This document shows, piece after piece, positions 55,598 through 64,000 of a DNA stretch of 64,000 nucleotides (positions are counted from its first letter, which is position 1; every line of letters starts with the position of its first letter). A program made the translations under genes and the position numbers. Location: assembly GCA_963762145.1 (NCBI GenBank), contig CAVXJS010000009.1:352001-416000 (forward strand), given 5' to 3'. Source of the stretch: an uncultured Candidatus Rokubacteria bacterium. Its GTDB lineage: Bacteria > Methylomirabilota > Methylomirabilia > Rokubacteriales > CSP1-6. The notes below the pieces were generated by a model. The model was not told the origin of the DNA, searched no databases, and saw only the letters and a list, made by a program, of their open reading frames with translations.

Positions 55598-55615
55598 CGC
55601 GTGTCCTCCGTCGGG

Positions 55616-56014
55616 CTACCCCGGCTGCGCCCGGCGTACGGGCACGTCGACCGGGACCTTCATCGCGCGGCTGATCCGGCAGCCCTCGGCCGCCTCCTGG
55701 AGTCGGGCGAGCTGGGCGTCGTCGAACGTGCCCTCCACGACCAGCTCTCCCTCGACGCCGGTGATCTGCCCCTGGGCCTCCGTCGCGGTGAGGCGGGCCC
55801 GGAGGCCGCGCACCACCCACTGCTGGCGCTCGGCGAACCGCCGAACGTTGTTGATGCGTCAGGCGCCGATGGCGCCCAGGAGGAGCTCCGCGGGCGAGGG
55901 CGCCGCGTCCCCGCCCCCGGCCTCCGCCGGGGCGTCCATCTCCAGGCGGTGCGGGCCCGCCGCTCCCTCGACCTTCATGCCCGCCACCCACTGCACCGTC
56001 ACCGCTCTGCCCAT
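55616..56014 (-). CDS. OsmC/Ohr-like protein, predicted selenoprotein with Sec52 at in-frame TGA 55861-55859
   Basis: AGGAGG SD and ATG 56014; [42 protein letters not shown] in frame with ORF 55616-55816, which carries the second Cys ([11 protein letters not shown]). Confidence 0.85.
55827..55858 (-). promoter_or_regulatory. bacterial SECIS element of the OsmC-like gene
   Basis: UGA, 11-nt spacer, then a 9-bp stem CGUUCGGCG/CGCCGAGCG (one G-U pair) with a GUU apical loop. Confidence 0.7.
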
Positions 56015-56034
56015 AGGTCCGCGCCTCCTGCGCG

Positions 56035-57267
56035 TCACGCCTGCGCGGCCAGCACCTTGCGCCCCACGGCGTGTCCTCGAGGCGGAAGAAGTCCAGCATG
56101 TTGCCGCGCGCGATCTTGAACGCCTCGTCGGCCGGCACGCCCGCGAACAGCCGCTCGGCGAACGGCCGCGTGTTCGGCCAGTCGCACTCGATGTGCGGGA
56201 AGTCGGTGGCGAACATGATGCGCTCGACGCCCATGTGGTGACGCAGCTCGACCGCCACCCGCTCCACGTGCTGCACGCTGAAGAAGATGTGCTGGCGCAC
56301 ATAGTCGCTCGGCCGCTGCTTGAGCGGCTTGAAGTTCGAGCAGCCGCTCCGCCCAGTGGCGATGGCGCTCGTACCAGTAGTCGGCCTCCTCCATCCAGAA
56401 CGGCACCCAGCCCAGCCGGGTCTCGGCGAAGAAGATCTGGAGGTCGGGAAGGCGATCGAAGACGCCGGACAGGATGAGCTGGGCGAGGCTCATCGACGGC
56501 GCCGTGCCGAGGAACGGCAGAGCCACCCACTCGACGAGCTTGCGCGGGCCGAGCTTCTTCGAGCACCTCCGGGTCGGCGCCCGGGTACTCGAACGTCGGC
56601 TGCGATGCGCGCGGCCCGAGGCGGTCGAAGCCGACGTGCACGGTCAGCGGCATCTGCATGTCGATCGCGGCCGCCCAGAAGCGGTCGTCCTCGGGCGTCG
56701 GATACGACTTGCCGCTCGGGAACACGCCGAGGTTGACGCCCTTGAGTCCGAGCTTCGTGCAGTGCTCGAGCTCGGCGATGGCGTCGTCGACGTTGGTCCA
56801 CGGGATGACGCCGAGGCCGATCAGGCGATCGCGCGACACCGCGCAGTATTCCTCGCCGAGCCAGTCGTTGTAGGCGCGCACCGTCGCGCGATAGAGATCG
56901 TCGTCGGTGATCCCGCGCCAGAGCCGCGGCCCGACCTGCATGTTGGGAAAGAGCACCTCGGCGTGCAGGCCGTCCATGTCCTGCTCGCGCAGCCGCTGCT
57001 CCGGCGGCCCGACGCCGGCGGTGTCGTCGACGGTGACGCCGAAGGGCTCCCAAGTCTCGTTGGTCCGGCCGGCCCTGAGGTCGAGGAACGGCGCCGGATA
57101 CGGCGGCTGTCCCTCGACGACGAGCGCGTCGCCGCCGTCCGGCAGCTTGACCGTCTGCGGCGCGCGATCCCGGAAACTTCGCCGGCATGCGCGGCGACCA
57201 GCGCTCGGGGCGGACTTCGAGATGACCGTCGCTCGAGATCAGCGGCGGAAGTTCTCGGCGCGGTCAT
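56035..57267 (-). CDS. amidohydrolase-2 family protein, frameshifted
   Basis: ISSDGHLE, DGLHAEVLFP, AYNDWL, PLTVHV, FAETRLGW, IMFATDFPH. Confidence 0.8.
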
Positions 57268-58136
57268 CAGCGGAACCGCGCGATCACATCCTTGCCGTAG
57301 CGCAGCACATCGTCGGGCGTCTTGACCTGCGCGGGCAGGCCCGCCGCGGCGCTGACCGGCACCGCGACGCGCGCCACGCCCTGGCGCGCCAGGGCTTCGA
57401 TCTCGGCGAGGTCGGTGGGCGCCGCGACCGTGATCTCGATCGCCTTCGGGTCGCGCCCCGCGGCCAGGGCCGCGCGCCGCATCTCGTCGAGCAGGCCGGG
57501 CGACGGCGTGCGAGCCGGGAAGTAGCCGTCGCCGAGCCGGCCCGCGCGCCGCGCGGCCGCCACCGTGTCCCCGCCCACGATGATCGGGATGCGCCGCTCG
57601 GGCGGCAGCGGCCGGCAGAACACCCGATCGAACGAGATGAACTGCCCCTTGAACGACGCGCACTCCTGGCTCCACAGCGCGCGCATCGCCTCCACGTACT
57701 CGTCGGTGCGCGGCCCGCGGTCGGCGAACGGCAGGCCGAGCGCCGCGAACTCCTCGGCGAGCCATCCCACCCCGATGCCGAGCAGGACGCGGCCGCCGCC
57801 GGCCATATGGTCGAGCGTCGCCACCGCCTTCGCGGTGACCACCGGGTTGCGCTGCGGCAGGATCAGGATCGCGGTGCCAAGCTTGATCGTGCGCGTGGCT
57901 CCCGCCACGTAGGCGAGCCAGATCAGCGGATCCGGGATCGGGAAGTCTTCGAGCCCGGAGCCCATGCGTCCCGAGGCCGAGTACGGATAGCGCGACTGGT
58001 AGCCGTGCGGCACCACCACGTGCTCCACCGTCCACATCGACTCGAAGCCCGCCGCCTCGGCGGCCTGCGCCAGCTCCACCGCCGCCGGGCCGTTGCCGTA
58101 GCGCCCGAGGCTCGCGTAGCGGAGTCCGAACTTCAT
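57267..58136 (-). CDS. LLM-class F420-dependent oxidoreductase
   Basis: GFESMWTVEHVV, PDPLIWL, LPQRNPVVTAKAVATLD, GIGVGWLAEEF. Confidence 0.9.
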   Translation of the reverse strand: MKFGLRYASLGRYGNGPAAVELAQAAEAAGFESMWTVEHVVVPHGYQSRYPYSASGRMGSGLEDFPIPDPLIWLAYVAGATRTIKLGTAILILPQRNPVVTAKAVATLDHMAGGGRVLLGIGVGWLAEEFAALGLPFADRGPRTDEYVEAMRALWSQECASFKGQFISFDRVFCRPLPPERRIPIIVGGDTVAAARRAGRLGDGYFPARTPSPGLLDEMRRAALAAGRDPKAIEITVAAPTDLAEIEALARQGVARVAVPVSAAAGLPAQVKTPDDVLRYGKDVIARFR

Positions 58137-59485
58137 GGCTGTCCTCCTTTGAACGTCAGGGCCAGGAGCCCGTCGACATCGGGAAGCGCGGGCAGACGCC
58201 CGAGGGTCTCGAGGAGCCGCCCGACCTGCGGGGCGGGCAGCACGACGCCGGCGAGCCGGCGGAACTTCTCCTCGACTTCTTGCCGAGAGACCGGGCGGCC
58301 CGGGGTGCCCCGGGCGGCGCGCACCGTCTCGTCGAGCACGCGCCCGTCGCGGAGCCGGACCCGTATCCGCGCCTCGGGGATACGGAGCGCCGGGTCCGCG
58401 ACCGGCCGGACCCGGCCGGCCAGCGCGACCAGGCCCGGATCGGGCGCCGCGAAGTCCGACTCCGTGGCCACGCCGCCGGTCAGCGCCAGCGCCGCACAGT
58501 ACGCGGCGCTGAACTTGGCCTCGAGCCCGGTGCGGGGCTCGGGGATCGCCGCGACCTTCACCGCGAGCGGATGCACGTGGCACTCGACCTCCTCGATCGC
58601 CTCGACGGCGGGGGCCGCGCGCTCCCGGATCGCGCGGCCGGCGTCGATCGCGGCGTGGAGCAGGTGGCACGCGGCGTAGAGCTTCGTGCTGTTGTCGAGG
58701 ATCTCGAATCGGGTACCGAGGTCCGCGAGCGCGGGGCTCAGATCGGTGACTCCGACGAACGTGCCGGGCAGCCCCGCGTGGCCGTCCAGGATGCCGGTCG
58801 GGCCGGTGAACCCCTCGCGCGCGAGCAGCGCGGCCAGGATGCCGTTCATCGCGGCCTTGCCGGGATGGAGCGGCTTGCTCATGGTGCCGAGCGATTGCTC
58901 GAGCCCCGCCGCCTGGGTGCCCGCGATCCCGAGCGCCCGCCCGAGCTGCTCGGCGGTGAGGCCCAGCAGCTTGCCGGCCGCCGTGACCGCGCCGAAGTGG
59001 CCCAGCATCGCGGTGACGTGCCAGCCCCGGTCGGCGAGCTTGGGGCCGATCACCCGCCCGATCCGCGTCTCCACCTCGAAGCCGGCCACGAACGCCTCGA
59101 TGACCGCCGCGCCCGGCCGGTGACGCCACTCGGCGATCGCGAGCGCCGCGGGAGCCACCGGCGCCGAGCCGTGGACGATCGAGGCCAGGTGCGTGTCGTC
59201 GAAGTCCAGCGCATGGCCCTGGGCGCCGTTGGCCAGCGCGGCCAGCAGCGCGCTCGTGCGCCGGCCCCGCCCGATGACCGTCGCCTGCGGGTCGCCGCCG
59301 GTCGCGCCCACCACCGCGTCGAGCGCGGCGGCGAGCGGCTCGGTCGAGCCGCGGACGGCGGCGCCGAGCCAATCGGTGAGGCAGAGCCCCGCGGCCTCGG
59401 TGACGGCGGCAGGGAGCGACCGGAGGTCGAGCGCCAGCACGAACTCGACCAGCGCGTCCGCCACCGGCGTGCCCCGGTCGCTCAT
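58133..59485 (-). CDS. MmgE/PrpD family protein
   Basis: GHALDFDDTH, HGSAP, GWHVT, KPLHPG, KLYAACHLLH, EAKFS. Confidence 0.9.
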   Translation of the reverse strand: MSDRGTPVADALVEFVLALDLRSLPAAVTEAAGLCLTDWLGAAVRGSTEPLAAALDAVVGATGGDPQATVIGRGRRTSALLAALANGAQGHALDFDDTHLASIVHGSAPVAPAALAIAEWRHRPGAAVIEAFVAGFEVETRIGRVIGPKLADRGWHVTAMLGHFGAVTAAGKLLGLTAEQLGRALGIAGTQAAGLEQSLGTMSKPLHPGKAAMNGILAALLAREGFTGPTGILDGHAGLPGTFVGVTDLSPALADLGTRFEILDNSTKLYAACHLLHAAIDAGRAIRERAAPAVEAIEEVECHVHPLAVKVAAIPEPRTGLEAKFSAAYCAALALTGGVATESDFAAPDPGLVALAGRVRPVADPALRIPEARIRVRLRDGRVLDETVRAARGTPGRPVSRQEVEEKFRRLAGVVLPAPQVGRLLETLGRLPALPDVDGLLALTFKGGQP

Positions 59486-60153
59486 GGGACGATCACGTGC
59501 TCGGTGGTGATGATGATCGGCAGGTCGCCGGGCGCGATGAAGTTCGGCTCGTCGGCCCGGACGCGCGCGTACTGGGCGGTCGCGGCCGACGCGCGCATCG
59601 CCTGCGTGTCGTCGAACCACGTGATGGCCAGGCCGTCGTACGCGGGGGTGCGCCCGCGCTCGTAGGCCGACTGGCGCGTGGGGCTCTGCACGTACCGCCG
59701 GATCATCGGGATCCGCGCCGCGAGCGGACCATGCACGTCCTTCCAGTAGCGCCGGAACTCGTCCGGCCCGAGGCCGGGCTTCCGGGTGACGAACTCGACG
59801 TTCTTCGCGGCCCCGGGCGGCACCGGATCGTCCTTGATCACGTGCTCGTCGGTGACGATCACACGCTTCGTCGAGGAGTCCATGAAGCGGGGCTCGTCGG
59901 CCTCGACCGCGGCCAGCGCGTCGGTGCCCCGGAGGGCGTGCATCGCGCCGCTGTCGTCGAACCAGACCTCGGCGATGCCGTCGTAGATCGGCTCGCCCTT
60001 CCGGTAGCCGCCCGGCCGTGTGTGCGACTGCACGTATCGCCGCAGGCCCGGCAGCCGTACGACCACCGCGGGATGACGGTCGCGCCAGTAGGCCTGGAAC
60101 TCCTCCACCGGCATCCCCGCCTTCCGCTTCAAGCACGTCACGACCTTGATCAC
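59482..60153 (-). CDS. tandem EthD-domain protein
   Basis: Two copies of RKxG...EFxxYW...H...RRYVQS...YDGxAxxWFDD; extended -10 TGCTATAGT 6 nt before the GTG. Confidence 0.85.
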   Translation of the reverse strand: MIKVVTCLKRKAGMPVEEFQAYWRDRHPAVVVRLPGLRRYVQSHTRPGGYRKGEPIYDGIAEVWFDDSGAMHALRGTDALAAVEADEPRFMDSSTKRVIVTDEHVIKDDPVPPGAAKNVEFVTRKPGLGPDEFRRYWKDVHGPLAARIPMIRRYVQSPTRQSAYERGRTPAYDGLAITWFDDTQAMRASAATAQYARVRADEPNFIAPGDLPIIITTEHVIVP

Positions 60154-60215
60154 GCGGGGACTATAGCAGCCGGCCGCGCCTTGACGCCACCGCGGGCGCC
60201 GTGCAGTATCGGCCC

Positions 60216-61358
60216 ATGCCCGAGGCCGCCACGGGACGAGTCGTCGATGCCGACGGTCACGTGCTGGAGCCCGCCGACACCTGGGTCCGGTACCTCGACC
60301 CGTCGTACCGGGATCGCGCCATCCGCATCGCCACCGACGCGGACGGCTACGAGGTGCTGCTGATCGACGGCCGGCCCCTCAAGACGCTGCGAGGCCAGCT
60401 CGGCTCGCTCGGCGGCATCGAGATGGACATGGAGCGCCTGCTGACCCGGGGGCAGGTGACCTACGCCGAGGGCAGCCCGCCCGGCGGCTACGATCCGCAC
60501 GCACGGCTTGCCGTCATGGACGCGGAGGGCATCGACAGCGTCCTGCTGTACCCGACCATCGGCATCTGCTGGGAAGGACACGTCAGCGATCCGGGCCTGG
60601 CCACCGCATACACCCGGGCCTACAATCGCTGGCTCGCCGAGTTCTGCCGCGCCGACCCGAAGCGCCTGCACCCGGTCGCCCACATCTCGCTGCTGGACGC
60701 CGAGGGCGCCGTCGAGGAGACGCTGCGCGCCCGCGCGGAGGGGTGCGTGGGCGTCTTCCTCTCGCCGGACGTCGCGGCCCGGGGCGGCCGTCACTTCGAC
60801 GACCCCGCCTTCGCCCGGTTCTGGGAGACGGTGCAGGATCTCGAGATGCCGGTCGCGTTCCACGTGGTGGTGCGCGACCATCAGTGGTTCCGCCCGTGGC
60901 AGCGGTACGATCCCTCGGACGGGCTGTTCGGCTTCGCGTTCCTGGCCATCGACGTCATGGCGGCCTTCACGCAGATGCTGACTTCCGGCATGTTCGAGCG
61001 ATACCCGCGCCTGCGGTGCGCGGTGCTGGAGGCGGGATCGAACTGGATCGCCTCCTGGCTCGACCGGCTCGACCACAAGCATCGCGTGATGGCCCACCGC
61101 ACGCCGATCCGCATGGCCCCGAGCGCCTACTTCTATCGCCAGTGTCTGATCTCGGCCGACCCGGACGAGTCGCTGACCGCCCAGATGGTCGAGCACCTGG
61201 GGGCGGACTACTTCATCTGGGCCTCGGACTATCCCCACATCGACGCGTCGATGGGCGTCGTCCGGGAGCTACGCGAGCGGCTCGCGCCTCTCCCCGCCGA
61301 GGCGCGCCGGAAGGTGCTGGGCGACAACGCGCTCCGCTTCTACAAGCTGGCCGGCTGA
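60216..61358 (+). CDS. amidohydrolase-2 family protein
   Basis: VVDADGHVLEP, LLYPTIG, AYNRWL, LEAGSNW, WASDYPH; TTGACG-17 nt-CAGTAT-6 nt-ATG. Confidence 0.9.
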   Translation: MPEAATGRVVDADGHVLEPADTWVRYLDPSYRDRAIRIATDADGYEVLLIDGRPLKTLRGQLGSLGGIEMDMERLLTRGQVTYAEGSPPGGYDPHARLAVMDAEGIDSVLLYPTIGICWEGHVSDPGLATAYTRAYNRWLAEFCRADPKRLHPVAHISLLDAEGAVEETLRARAEGCVGVFLSPDVAARGGRHFDDPAFARFWETVQDLEMPVAFHVVVRDHQWFRPWQRYDPSDGLFGFAFLAIDVMAAFTQMLTSGMFERYPRLRCAVLEAGSNWIASWLDRLDHKHRVMAHRTPIRMAPSAYFYRQCLISADPDESLTAQMVEHLGADYFIWASDYPHIDASMGVVRELRERLAPLPAEARRKVLGDNALRFYKLAG

Positions 61359-61624
61359 TCCCCCGCCCCGCCCACCCGACGAGCGGGCCCTGGCTGAGGC
61401 GCCTGGATGATCTCGCCGGGCCGTCTCGCCAGGAGGCGCGCCGCGACCACCGAGACGACCAGGAGGACGGACAGCGCCGGCCAGCGGAGCGCCAGGCGCA
61501 GCGCGCTCGCGGCGGCGAGACGACTCAGGAGGGCCCCGCCCGGCCTCCGGGGCCGGACCACGCCGAGCGTCGCGTCGATGCGATCCATCATCCGGCTCCG
61601 GATCGCGCTGGTGAGGATGCTCAT
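61340..61624 (-). CDS. small hypothetical membrane protein
   Basis: ATGA overlap with the upstream small ORF; one hydrophobic segment. Confidence 0.45.
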   Translation of the reverse strand: MSILTSAIRSRMMDRIDATLGVVRPRRPGGALLSRLAAASALRLALRWPALSVLLVVSVVAARLLARRPGEIIQAPQPGPARRVGGAGDQPASL

Positions 61625-61872
61625 CCCACGTTCCTGGACCCTTCTGCGGTACCGCCCGTGCGAACCCGCTCCCGGGCCGATTCGAGTCGCGAGGACAGCT
61701 GCGCCTTGGCCTGATCGAGCAGCACCTCGGACTTCTCCTGCATCGTCCGGAGCAGCCCGTCGATCGTGTCCCGCGTCGGCCCCGAGTTTCCGTTCACGTA
61801 TTCGCGGAGCGTGTCCCGGTACTTCCACAAGACCATCCCACCTGCGACTGCCACGAGGACTCTGCCCAGCAT
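61621..61872 (-). CDS. small membrane-anchored coiled-coil protein (YtxH-like architecture)
   Basis: AAGGAGG SD; N-terminal TM followed by a helical charged region. Confidence 0.6.
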   Translation of the reverse strand: MLGRVLVAVAGGMVLWKYRDTLREYVNGNSGPTRDTIDGLLRTMQEKSEVLLDQAKAQLSSRLESARERVRTGGTAEGSRNVG

Positions 61873-61901
61873 GTGTAGCCTCCTTGAGTTGAGCGGTTGA
61901 G

Positions 61902-62417
61902 TTAGAACTTCCAGCGCGTCTGGCTGAACTCCTTGCCCTTCCGGAAGCCGAACGCGGTCATCGGGGCGAGCCCGTAGACCACCACGGGGCTCGCGCCGCC
62001 GGGTGCGCTCGCGTGAAAGAAGAATCCGTCGCGGACCTCGAAGCGCCAGTCGCTGCCATACTTGGACTCGTACGATTCCGCGATCCGTCGAAGCTCCACG
62101 TCATTGCTCACGCGCACCGCGTCACCTTCGACCACGAGGTCGAGACCGTGATCGAAGTCACTACAGCCGGTGGTCAGGATGCAGTGCGGGTTGCGCTCGA
62201 GGTTCTTGGCCTTCCGCTCGTTCTGCCCGGTACAGAAGTACAGGGCGTCGTCCAGCCATACCGAGATGAGGGGCGTCACGTGAGGCCGGCCGTCGGGACG
62301 GACCGTGGACACCCAGAAGACGGCCGCCTCCTGTAAGTGCTTCCGGGCCTCGGGCCACGGGGTCGCGGGCGCGCCCGGGCTGCTGTATCGCGGATCCAGC
62401 TTGGTCGTCGGTTCCAT
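61902..62417 (-). CDS. pyridoxamine 5'-phosphate oxidase-like (split-barrel) protein
   Basis: FWVSTVRPDGRPHVTPL, KAKNLERNPHC, FSQTRW. Confidence 0.85.
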   Translation of the reverse strand: MEPTTKLDPRYSSPGAPATPWPEARKHLQEAAVFWVSTVRPDGRPHVTPLISVWLDDALYFCTGQNERKAKNLERNPHCILTTGCSDFDHGLDLVVEGDAVRVSNDVELRRIAESYESKYGSDWRFEVRDGFFFHASAPGGASPVVVYGLAPMTAFGFRKGKEFSQTRWKF

Positions 62418-62551
62418 GGTCGCGGCCTCCCTCCCGGAGGGAGCAAGGCCCGTGCCGCCACGAGAACCGCCTTCTTCTACAGATTCGGCTCGATTCTGAA
62501 CCCACGAGGAGGCCGCCGGCGCCCCCGTCGGTAGGAAGGAGCCAGACCTTT

Positions 62552-63304
62552 CTACACGGTGCGATCCACCACGCTCAGACCTTCCAGGGCGAGGCCGTAG
62601 CCCAGATAGTCGACGAGCTGCTTCTTGAGCGGCTGGGTGAACAGCACGCGCGTGTAGCGGAGGAGAAGCGCGGGCTGCCGCGCGATCTGCTCGGCGAGCG
62701 CCCAGGCGCGGGGCAGCAGATCGGGCCGCGGGAGCAGCTCGCTGACCAGTCCCAGCTCGAGGGCCTTCGCCGCGTCGAGGATCTGCCCGGTCAGCAGAAA
62801 GTACCGGCCTCGGTTCCAGCCCAGCAGCAGAGGGTAGATGATGTGCATGCCGTCGCCCGGCACCATGCCGTTCGGGAAATGCGCCGAGTCCTGGAACCGG
62901 ACGTCATCGGCGGCCAGCACGATGTCGCACAGCAGCGGGATCTCGGAGTGCCGCCACGCCGGCCCGTTGATCGCGCTGATCATCGGGACCTCGATGTCGA
63001 GCAGGCTCATCAGCAGGTGCTTGCCCTCCCAGTAGACGCGATCCCACTGGGCCGGTGTGCTGCGCATGCCGGTGCCCCCCGCGGCCTGGGGCCCGGAGAA
63101 CACGTCGCCGGTACCCGTGAGGATGACGACCTTGTTCTCGGGATCGGCGCCCACATCGCGGAAGGCCTGGGGAAACTCGCCGTGGGGCAGCAGCCCCCAC
63201 TGGAGCGGCCCGCCGTCGGTGTGGAAGGTCATCTGGAGGATGCCGTCGCGGCGCTCCATGCGAATGGTCCGGTACTTCGTCGCGTAGTCGGTGAGACGCG
63301 TCAT
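62552..63304 (-). CDS. crotonase-superfamily enzyme, beta-diketone (6-oxocamphor) hydrolase-like
   Basis: ISAINGP; PHGEF, WRHSE, DSAHF, VPGDG and LALEG motifs. Confidence 0.8.
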   Translation of the reverse strand: MTRLTDYATKYRTIRMERRDGILQMTFHTDGGPLQWGLLPHGEFPQAFRDVGADPENKVVILTGTGDVFSGPQAAGGTGMRSTPAQWDRVYWEGKHLLMSLLDIEVPMISAINGPAWRHSEIPLLCDIVLAADDVRFQDSAHFPNGMVPGDGMHIIYPLLLGWNRGRYFLLTGQILDAAKALELGLVSELLPRPDLLPRAWALAEQIARQPALLLRYTRVLFTQPLKKQLVDYLGYGLALEGLSVVDRTV

Positions 63305-63409
63305 GATAATCTCTCCAGGATCTGTCCATTTGCGGCGGTCCAGGTGGAGCCGACGCGGTTTGCGTCCGCCGAGTACTATACGCGACCATATGACACGAGG
63401 AAGATCTCG

Positions 63410-63901
63410 ATGAGCCTGGCGCAGACGGTGAAGCGCGAGCTGAAGGAAGTGGGACTGGTGACGGTCTACTTCCTCGTCTGCTTCGGCATCATGCTCTTGC
63501 TGAAGAAGCTGGTTCTCGCGGAATACGACGTGGAGTTCTACGCCCTGTGGGCGGTGGTCGTCGGTGCACTCGTGGCCGCGAAGGTCGTCGTGATTCTCGA
63601 CAAGACGCGGGTCGGGACCCGGTTCGACGAGAGCCACTCGGTCGGCGTCGCGGCCATCTACAAGACGGCCTGGTACGCGGTCGCGACGTTCATCGTTCTC
63701 TTCGCGGAGAAGCTCTTCCACGCCTATCCCGAGACGGGAGCGCTCGGCCCGGCGGTCGTGGACGTGTGGGAGAATCGAGACCGCAACGTCATGCTCGCCA
63801 AGGTGATCGTCATCGGGATCGCCTACGTCGGGTATCACCTCTACGCCGGGGTCGATCGCCGGCTGGGCCAGGGCAAGCTCTGGCGGACGATCTGGAGCTA
63901 G
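63410..63901 (+). CDS. hypothetical 4-TM membrane protein
   Basis: Hydrophobic segments; GALVAAKVVVILD; GAGG SD. Confidence 0.65.
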   Translation: MSLAQTVKRELKEVGLVTVYFLVCFGIMLLLKKLVLAEYDVEFYALWAVVVGALVAAKVVVILDKTRVGTRFDESHSVGVAAIYKTAWYAVATFIVLFAEKLFHAYPETGALGPAVVDVWENRDRNVMLAKVIVIGIAYVGYHLYAGVDRRLGQGKLWRTIWS

Positions 63902-64000
63902 CCGAGACGTCGAGCGCGAGGCTATTGGCTCTGTCGGTCGCCCGGTGAGAGGGCCCGCGGACCCGACCGCGCGCCCCGGCTGGCGGGCGCGGCTCGCCGA

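Overview
Very GC-rich bacterial chromosomal window with about 60 CDS. The gene repertoire (family-5 peptide-binding protein, two TTT/Tct transporters, multi-GAF kinase, many amidohydrolases, F420-type LLM/PPOX enzymes) resembles Rokubacteria/Methylomirabilota; that taxonomy is an inference. I found no rRNA, tRNA, CRISPR array, integrase or transposase. The main result is two genes that the ORF track splits or truncates because an in-frame TGA sits exactly at a catalytic Cys position, each followed by a hairpin compatible with a bacterial SECIS. (1) A Zn-dependent medium-chain alcohol dehydrogenase (35580-36647, C-G-V-U43-G-T-D...GHE), where selenocysteine would be the catalytic-zinc ligand; it is coupled to a TctCBA transporter. 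(2) An OsmC-like protein (55616-56014, minus strand, GAIGA-U52) inside an aromatic/heterocycle catabolic operon with a Rieske dioxygenase. Other candidates: an M15 peptidoglycan peptidase / lipase-subtilase fusion / DUF2235 phospholipase operon (6862-11365); a solitary P-loop NTPase-class III cyclase fusion (39583-41634); a sigma54 stress module with near-leaderless starts; many leaderless sigma70 genes; and a vanadium-haloperoxidase-like protein with an altered active site. Regions 14.6-15.8 kb and 43.4-57.3 kb carry many frameshifts that look like long-read indel errors, so coordinates there are approximate.
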